Assembly (NCBI GenBank): GCA_003599235.1
Contig: QZJE01000002.1
Span: forward strand, 9,260 to 73,259
Length of the DNA stretch: 64,000 nucleotides
Reading direction: 5' to 3'
Source: Actinomycetota bacterium
GTDB taxonomy: Bacteria > Actinomycetota > Aquicultoria > SURF-47
Position numbers and translations under genes: made by a program. Each line of letters opens with the position of its first letter. Within the stretch, counting starts at the first letter, position 1. Under the pieces are notes generated by a model. The model did no database searches and was not told where the DNA came from. It saw only the letters and a list, made by a program, of their open reading frames with translations. Of this stretch, positions 58,479 through 64,000 are shown piece after piece.

Positions 58479-60578
58479 ATGTTTGATGAAAAGAAGTATT
58501 CGATTGACATCGAAGGAAAAGAAATAACTGTAACAACCGGTAAGTTAGCTAGACAAGCTGATGGAGCTGTCACGCTAAGCTGTGGAGACACCATCGTTCT
58601 AACAACAGCAGTGGCTGCCAAAGAACCAAGAGAGGGAGCGGATTTCTTCCCATTGACAGTAGATGTTGAGGAAAGAATGTATGCTGCGGCAAAAATACCG
58701 GGTGGTTTTATTAAAAGAGAAGGCCGTCCTAGCGAAAAATCGATTCTAACGGCAAGATTAATTGATAGGCCTCTTAGGCCATCGTTTCCGGACGGATTTG
58801 TAAATGACACTCAAATTATCACTACTATTCTTACTGTAGACCAGATTAATCCTTATGATATTTTATCGCTTAATGGAGCATCGCTTGCTTTAACCATATC
58901 CGATATACCATTTAACGGCCCTATTGCTGCAGTAAGAATTGGCCGGGTAGATGGTAACTGGGTGGTAAACCCAACTCTGGCTCAATTAGAAGAAAGTGAC
59001 ATGGATGTTGTAGTGGCCGGAACCAAAGATGCCGTCTTGATGATGGAAGCCTCTGCTAAGGAGGTAAGCGAAGCCGATGTGATTGAGGCTACACAAATCG
59101 CTAAAACAAACATTGCTAAATTAGTAGAGTTTCAAGAAAATATCGCTAAAGAAATTGGTAGAGAGAAAAGGGTGCCGACTCTAGTGCAATTGGATTGCGA
59201 AGTGGTTAGCAAAGTTAAAGATTTGGCAACGGATAAACTAAATGAAGCTCTAAGAAATAAAGATAAACAAGAAAGAATGAACTTAGTTAAGGAAGTAGAA
59301 AAAGAAGTACTTGACGCAATAGTCGAGGGTTTAGCTGAAGACCAGGTTGCTACTTGGGCTAGTGAGGCCAAGCAAGCTTTCAGTAAGCTAAAAAAGGAGC
59401 TTGTCAGAAAAATGATAATTGAAGGCGAGCGCACCGATGGCCGTAAATCTGATGAAATAAGGCCCATCACTGCTCAGGCAGGATATCTGCCAAGAACCAG
59501 GATCCATGGCTCAGGGCTTTTCACTAGAGGCCAAACTCAAGTGCTCACTGTTATTACCTTGGGAACAGTTGGCGAATACCAAATGCTAGATGGACTGGGC
59601 TTAGAAGAATCCAAGCGCTATCTGCATCACTATAATTTCCCACCATTTTCAACCGGTGAAGCATGGCCGATGCGTGGCCCTAAGAGACGGGAAATCGGAC
59701 ATGGTAGTTTAGCCGAAAAGGCTTTGGTTCCAGTTGTTCCAGGAGAAGAAGATTTCCCCTATACAATCAGATTAGTCTCAGATGTATTGGAATCTAACGG
59801 CTCTTCATCAATGGCTAGCGTTTGCGGCTCTACTTTGGCTTTAATGGATGCTGCTGTACCCATTAAAGCGCCGGTAGCCGGTATAGCTATGGGGCTTGTT
59901 AAAGAAGGAGATGACGTTGTAGTTTTAAGCGACATACAAGGACTGGAAGATTCCCTGGGCGATATGGATTTCAAAGTTGCCGGAACTAAAGACGGAGTAA
60001 CCGCTATTCAAATGGATATCAAAGCTAGCGGTTTAAATAAGGATGTTTTAACTAAAGCATTAGAGCAAGCAAAAGAAGGACGTTTACATATACTAGATAT
60101 CATGGAAAAAGAAATCGCTGCTCCAAGGGAAGAAATGAGTGAGTTTGCCCCTAGGGTGGTAACGGTAAAAATACATCCTGACAAAATCCGCGATGTTATC
60201 GGAACTGGCGGCAAGGTAATTAAGAAGATAATTGAAGAAACTGGTGCAGCCATCGATATCGAGCAAGACGGAACCGTTTTTATAAGCTCTAAAGACCGAG
60301 AGGCCGGAGAAAAAGCTAAAGATATCGTAGAGAAACTAACCGGTGACATTAATTCAGGCGAAGAGTTCGAGGGTACGGTTACCAAGGTGACTAACTTCGG
60401 TGCTTTTGTTGAGATATTACCAGGCAAAGAAGGTCTGGTGCATGTATCTAAGCTAGGCAAGGGTTTTATCAAAAATGTTTCTGATGTGGTAGATGTGGGT
60501 GACAAGATAAAGGTCAAAGTCTTAGAAACCGACCGTATGGGCAAAATTAGCCTGGCGGTAGTGACGGAGGATAATTGA
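58479..60578 (+). CDS. pnp: Polyribonucleotide nucleotidyltransferase
   Basis: FFPLTVD, RL.DR..RP, FTRGQTQ, RREIGHG, ESNGSSSMAS, GDMDFKVAG, KH and S1 domains. Confidence 0.98.
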   Translation: MFDEKKYSIDIEGKEITVTTGKLARQADGAVTLSCGDTIVLTTAVAAKEPREGADFFPLTVDVEERMYAAAKIPGGFIKREGRPSEKSILTARLIDRPLRPSFPDGFVNDTQIITTILTVDQINPYDILSLNGASLALTISDIPFNGPIAAVRIGRVDGNWVVNPTLAQLEESDMDVVVAGTKDAVLMMEASAKEVSEADVIEATQIAKTNIAKLVEFQENIAKEIGREKRVPTLVQLDCEVVSKVKDLATDKLNEALRNKDKQERMNLVKEVEKEVLDAIVEGLAEDQVATWASEAKQAFSKLKKELVRKMIIEGERTDGRKSDEIRPITAQAGYLPRTRIHGSGLFTRGQTQVLTVITLGTVGEYQMLDGLGLEESKRYLHHYNFPPFSTGEAWPMRGPKRREIGHGSLAEKALVPVVPGEEDFPYTIRLVSDVLESNGSSSMASVCGSTLALMDAAVPIKAPVAGIAMGLVKEGDDVVVLSDIQGLEDSLGDMDFKVAGTKDGVTAIQMDIKASGLNKDVLTKALEQAKEGRLHILDIMEKEIAAPREEMSEFAPRVVTVKIHPDKIRDVIGTGGKVIKKIIEETGAAIDIEQDGTVFISSKDREAGEKAKDIVEKLTGDINSGEEFEGTVTKVTNFGAFVEILPGKEGLVHVSKLGKGFIKNVSDVVDVGDKIKVKVLETDRMGKISLAVVTEDN

Positions 60579-60705
60579 AAATAAATCCCAAATGACAAAT
60601 ATCAAATCCAAACAAATTACAAATTACAAAAATAAATAGTTATGAGTTTTTAATGTTTGGTATTTCGTATTTATTTGTTATTTGGTGGTTGTTATTTGTA
60701 TTTTA
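60577..60705. repeat. Inverted pair of heptamer arrays (CAAATnn / nnATTTG) without cargo
   Basis: CCCAAAT GACAAAT ATCAAAT..TACAAAT ... TTTGGTA TTTCGTA..TTATTTG. Confidence 0.75.
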
Positions 60706-60708
60706 AAT

Positions 60709-61980
60709 ATGTTCTACAACAAATCCATCTCAGATAACGGCACAATTATATTAAGCGAAGAGATTCCTAATGTTCGCTCGGTTGCTTTGGGTATCTGGGT
60801 GGGTATCGGTTCCCGTGATGAACCTGAAGAACTTGGGGGTATGAGCCATTTTTTAGAGCACTTAGTTTTCAAAGGCACCCCTACTTATAATGCGCGCCAG
60901 ATATCAGAAACATTTGACTCTTTAGGAGCTGAGCTAAACGCTTTTACAGCTAAAGAAACTACTTGTTTCTACACTAGGCTTTTAGACGAACACTTGCCTA
61001 AAGGGTTTGAAGTTTTGGCTGATATGCTCTCCAATCCATCTTTTAAAGAACAGGATATATTATCTGAGCGACAAGTGGTCTTAGAAGAAATTAGCTTACA
61101 CGAGGATTCACCCGACGAGCGTATCCATGATCTTTTTAGTAATGCTTTGTTTAGTGATCATCCGCTGGGAAAACCCGTTTTAGGGCGGATAGATACTGTT
61201 AAAAACTTTAGCCACAAGGATATTGTTAGTTATTACGATAGCCGTTATGCTCCCCAAAACATGGTTATTGCCGCTGCTGGAAGCTTAAAACATAACGACT
61301 TAGTTAAATTAGTTAACCGCCATTTTACTAACAAAAGAAGTTCGGACTTTAAAAGAAAGTCTTTTGCGCCCGTAGTGGAATCACACTTGATGGCTTATAA
61401 GAAAAAAACAGAGCAGGCCCATATTTGCTATGGGACCGAAGGACTGTCGGCTAACGATAAGGATAGGTTTATTGTATCTGTACTTGATAATATTTTAGGC
61501 GGAGGAATGAGCTCCAGGCTTTTTCAGGAAATCCGGGAAAAAAGAGGATTGGCATATTCTGTTTATTCTTATCACTCAGTTCACACCGAAACTGGCTCTT
61601 TTACCTTATATGCTGGGACATCCCCCAACAAAGCCAAAGAAGTAATTGCAATTATGCAAGATCAGTTGCAGTTATTGGTTGACGAAAAAGTGGCTACCGA
61701 AGAACTCAATCGCGCTAAGCAACACTTAAAAGGGCAGCTGGTTTTAGGGCTTGAGAGTACCAGCCACCGTATGATGAGGTTGGGGAAGTCGGAGTTAGCC
61801 CACGGAGAGATTTTATCTGTAGATGAGTTAATTAATAGAATTGATGCAGTAAGCCAAGACGACATTCAAGGTATTGCTAAGCAGTTATTTGTGCCTTCTA
61901 AAATGATTTTAACGATAGTAGGCCCTTTTGACATCGAACATTTTTCAAGCTCAGAGTTCGTTAAGCAAACTACACTCTAG
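60709..61980 (+). CDS. M16 family zinc peptidase
   Basis: HFLEH.VFKGT, NAFT, LGGGMSSRLFQE.RE.RGLAY. Confidence 0.93.
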   Translation: MFYNKSISDNGTIILSEEIPNVRSVALGIWVGIGSRDEPEELGGMSHFLEHLVFKGTPTYNARQISETFDSLGAELNAFTAKETTCFYTRLLDEHLPKGFEVLADMLSNPSFKEQDILSERQVVLEEISLHEDSPDERIHDLFSNALFSDHPLGKPVLGRIDTVKNFSHKDIVSYYDSRYAPQNMVIAAAGSLKHNDLVKLVNRHFTNKRSSDFKRKSFAPVVESHLMAYKKKTEQAHICYGTEGLSANDKDRFIVSVLDNILGGGMSSRLFQEIREKRGLAYSVYSYHSVHTETGSFTLYAGTSPNKAKEVIAIMQDQLQLLVDEKVATEELNRAKQHLKGQLVLGLESTSHRMMRLGKSELAHGEILSVDELINRIDAVSQDDIQGIAKQLFVPSKMILTIVGPFDIEHFSSSEFVKQTTL

Positions 61981-62070
61981 TTGCACTTGTGCTTTAATAT
62001 AGCTACGCGCTTTTCTAATCTATTAAACTGACTACCATTATTTTTATTCATAATAAGATCTTACTTTTTT

Positions 62071-62160
62071 GACAACCAATTACAACCGTTCTCACCCAGA
62101 GTGCCTATATATAGTAAGCGGAGAAAACCGGTTGTTGGTTGTTGGAACTTGGTTGTTCGA
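62071..62160. repeat. Inverted ACAACC / GGTTGTT arms enclosing a degenerate sigma-28 promoter copy
   Basis: GACAACCAATTACAACC ... GGTTGTT GGTTGTT GGAACTT GGTTGTT. Confidence 0.6.
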
Positions 62161-62166
62161 TAAAAA

Positions 62167-62487
62167 CTAAGCAGCAGTAATTTCAATTCCTTCTTTTAAA
62201 GCCTCTGAAGCTAAGGATATCTGTTTTGATTTAACCGCAAACTCTTGAGGGGTATAGCAAATTGCTTCCAGGGTAATATCTGAAGGCCAATACTTATACA
62301 TTAATGAAATTCTCGTCAGAAAATGAATGTTTTCGAAATCAGGCGAGACAATAATAAAATCGTAATCGCTGTACTTTAAATAATCTTTCCTTGCTCTTGA
62401 TCCAAAAAGAATAATTTTATCAATTTTGTAATCTTTTTTTAGGTTGTTAATAAATTCTTTTATTATCCTATCTTCGATTGAACCCAC
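62167..62487 (-). CDS. Minimal nucleotidyltransferase (MNT)
   Basis: ILFGSRAR.D....SD.D..IVS..F, YTP.EF. Confidence 0.9.
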   Translation of the reverse strand: MGSIEDRIIKEFINNLKKDYKIDKIILFGSRARKDYLKYSDYDFIIVSPDFENIHFLTRISLMYKYWPSDITLEAICYTPQEFAVKSKQISLASEALKEGIEITAA

Positions 62488-62843
62488 TTTAAAACCTCTT
62501 TTGCTTTTTCCAAATGTTCTTTTGCTATTCTTTCGTCAAACATCTCTGTAGGTTTTCCGTTGGCTGCATCCGGATATCTAGTAGTTATAAATGCCGGATT
62601 AATTTCTCTTAAGAAATCTAACATTTCCTCAGATGCATCTAGCTCTTTACCTAGCTTAATTAGATTATGTGTTTTTGTAGGGATTTCTCTTTTTGTCTCT
62701 ATATATAGAGCTTTTAAAGCTTTTTCGGCAGATTGCTGTGATAAAAAAGCGCATATGTAATAAATGCCTGAGTTTAGATTTGACTCTGCGTATTTTAAAT
62801 CATCTTGTGCTTGTTCATACCATAAACTAGCTTCTTCTCTCAT
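62463..62843 (-). CDS. HEPN domain protein
   Basis: W..QA..DL..A, F..QQ.AEKALKA, KTH.L, TRYPD. Confidence 0.9.
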   Translation of the reverse strand: MREEASLWYEQAQDDLKYAESNLNSGIYYICAFLSQQSAEKALKALYIETKREIPTKTHNLIKLGKELDASEEMLDFLREINPAFITTRYPDAANGKPTEMFDERIAKEHLEKAKEVLKWVQSKIG

Positions 62844-62895
62844 TAGCTAAATTATAACATATGTATATCTAGATAGATTTCTGTCCACAAAAAAC

Positions 62896-62922
62896 TAAAG
62901 TTCTCACTCTAGGTGCCGATAT
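62896..62922 (+). promoter_or_regulatory. Sigma-28 (FliA/WhiG) promoter
   Basis: TAAAGTTC-N11-GCCGATAT. Confidence 0.8.
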
Positions 62923-62958
62923 ATATAGTAAGCAACAAAACAGTACTGTTTAGGAACT

Positions 62959-64000
62959 ATGTACATGGGCACTAAGAGGTTCTTAGGAAACTTCATAGAC
63001 AGATCAATATCCTCCATTCTTATTTGCTTGCTTGCTTATTCTACAATCGCTTTTGCCTTGCCGGCATTAGATCCGCCAGTGGCTTCAGCGGCTTTGGGCC
63101 AGACGGTTACCTGGACGACAAAAGGCGACTTTGATTTAGGAACGCCTAATTCATATTTATCAAGTTCTGGTGATAATACAGCCGGCCAACCTGACACTGG
63201 AACACTAGATGATATTAAGTTAGCTCCTAATGATATAAATACCGGCAACGGCTCTACGGCTCTTACTGTAAACTATGCAGTGCCCCAGTCCGATTACACT
63301 ATAAATGGCCAAACTGCAACTCTTAAAGTAGTTCGCGCAAATGTTTCTACTACCTCAGACTCCGGTCAAGATATTCTCTCAATTGGTACTGTTGCTGATG
63401 GAAGTTTTGCAGCTGGTGATAAGGTTTACATCGTTCAGGTTTTTGGAACAGGTCTTGGAAATCAAGAAGAAGCGACTGTCTTGAATGTTCTTTCTTCTCC
63501 GGCACGTCTGCAGCTTTCCGGGAATCTTAACTATACATATACCAACGATGTCAGCTCTAAAGCCCAGGTTGTTAAAATCAGGCAACATACAAGTTTTACC
63601 GTAACTAATAACACTACTCTTACTGTTGGCGGCTGGAATAGTACAGATAATCATGGCGGCCTTCTTTTCTTAAAAGCAAGCGCTGGAGTTACCATTGATT
63701 CCGGTTCCAAAATTGATTTAACAGGAAAGGGTCTTGAAGGAGGAGCTCCTAACTCAGATGCTACGGGTAATTCTGGAAAAGGTTTCGGTGGTGGTGGTGG
63801 TGGTCAAACTTATACAGATCCTGAGTATGGTTATCAGTATGGTGGTGGCGGTGGTGGCGGTGGTTATGGTGGAAATGGTGGAAGAGGCGGATATTCTTGC
63901 AATGGAACAGGCCCAGGATCAGCAGGTAGTAGTTATAATACTGTGATTGGGTTAGGTTCAGGCGGTGGCGCTGGCGGCAGCGGTTCTGGGCAATATGGAG
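62959..64000 (+). CDS. Secreted glycine-rich surface protein (3' end outside window; absent from the ORF track)
   Basis: Open frame MYMGTKRFLG..ILICLLAYSTIAFALP..ASA; AQVVKI, W....GGLLFL, IDLTGKG..GG, GGGGGGGYGGNGG. Confidence 0.8.
   Translation, partial: MYMGTKRFLGNFIDRSISSILICLLAYSTIAFALPALDPPVASAALGQTVTWTTKGDFDLGTPNSYLSSSGDNTAGQPDTGTLDDIKLAPNDINTGNGSTALTVNYAVPQSDYTINGQTATLKVVRANVSTTSDSGQDILSIGTVADGSFAAGDKVYIVQVFGTGLGNQEEATVLNVLSSPARLQLSGNLNYTYTNDVSSKAQVVKIRQHTSFTVTNNTTLTVGGWNSTDNHGGLLFLKASAGVTIDSGSKIDLTGKGLEGGAPNSDATGNSGKGFGGGGGGQTYTDPEYGYQYGGGGGGGGYGGNGGRGGYSCNGTGPGSAGSSYNTVIGLGSGGGAGGSGSGQYG

Noticed and set aside
63734-63946. 70-aa Val-rich ORF
   Set aside because: Off-frame reading of the poly-Gly codons of the gene starting at 62959.

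Overview
A low-GC, mostly + strand bacterial chromosome segment. A monoderm, possibly early-branching Actinomycetota host is inferred from murT-gatD, a whiG-type sigma in the xerC-rpsB context and the rbfA-DHH fusion; this is not proven. Most of it is housekeeping: thrS-infC-rpmI-rplT, a trp operon with both trpB types, accDA, glmM-glmS-acpS-nnr-alr, rpsB to proS, and nusA to pnp. Accessory features: (1) an Alternative Complex III/Qrc-like operon with displaced actA, flanked by three large multiheme cytochromes; (2) a three-gene unit encoding a divergent RtcB-fold enzyme, a circularly permuted ATP-grasp ligase and an M14 peptidase, next to an Hfq-like gene and a 159-bp rod-shaped hairpin (best candidate for a new system); (3) a sigma-28 module with no flagellar genes in the window (whiG/fliA, a short FlgM-like gene, two consensus promoters); (4) many 7/8-mer tandem arrays, often as inverted arms, sometimes enclosing cargo or entering essential genes, plus REP-like palindromes, one in-frame in trpB; (5) a HEPN-MNT pair. 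All calls come from reading motifs by eye; no database searches were run.
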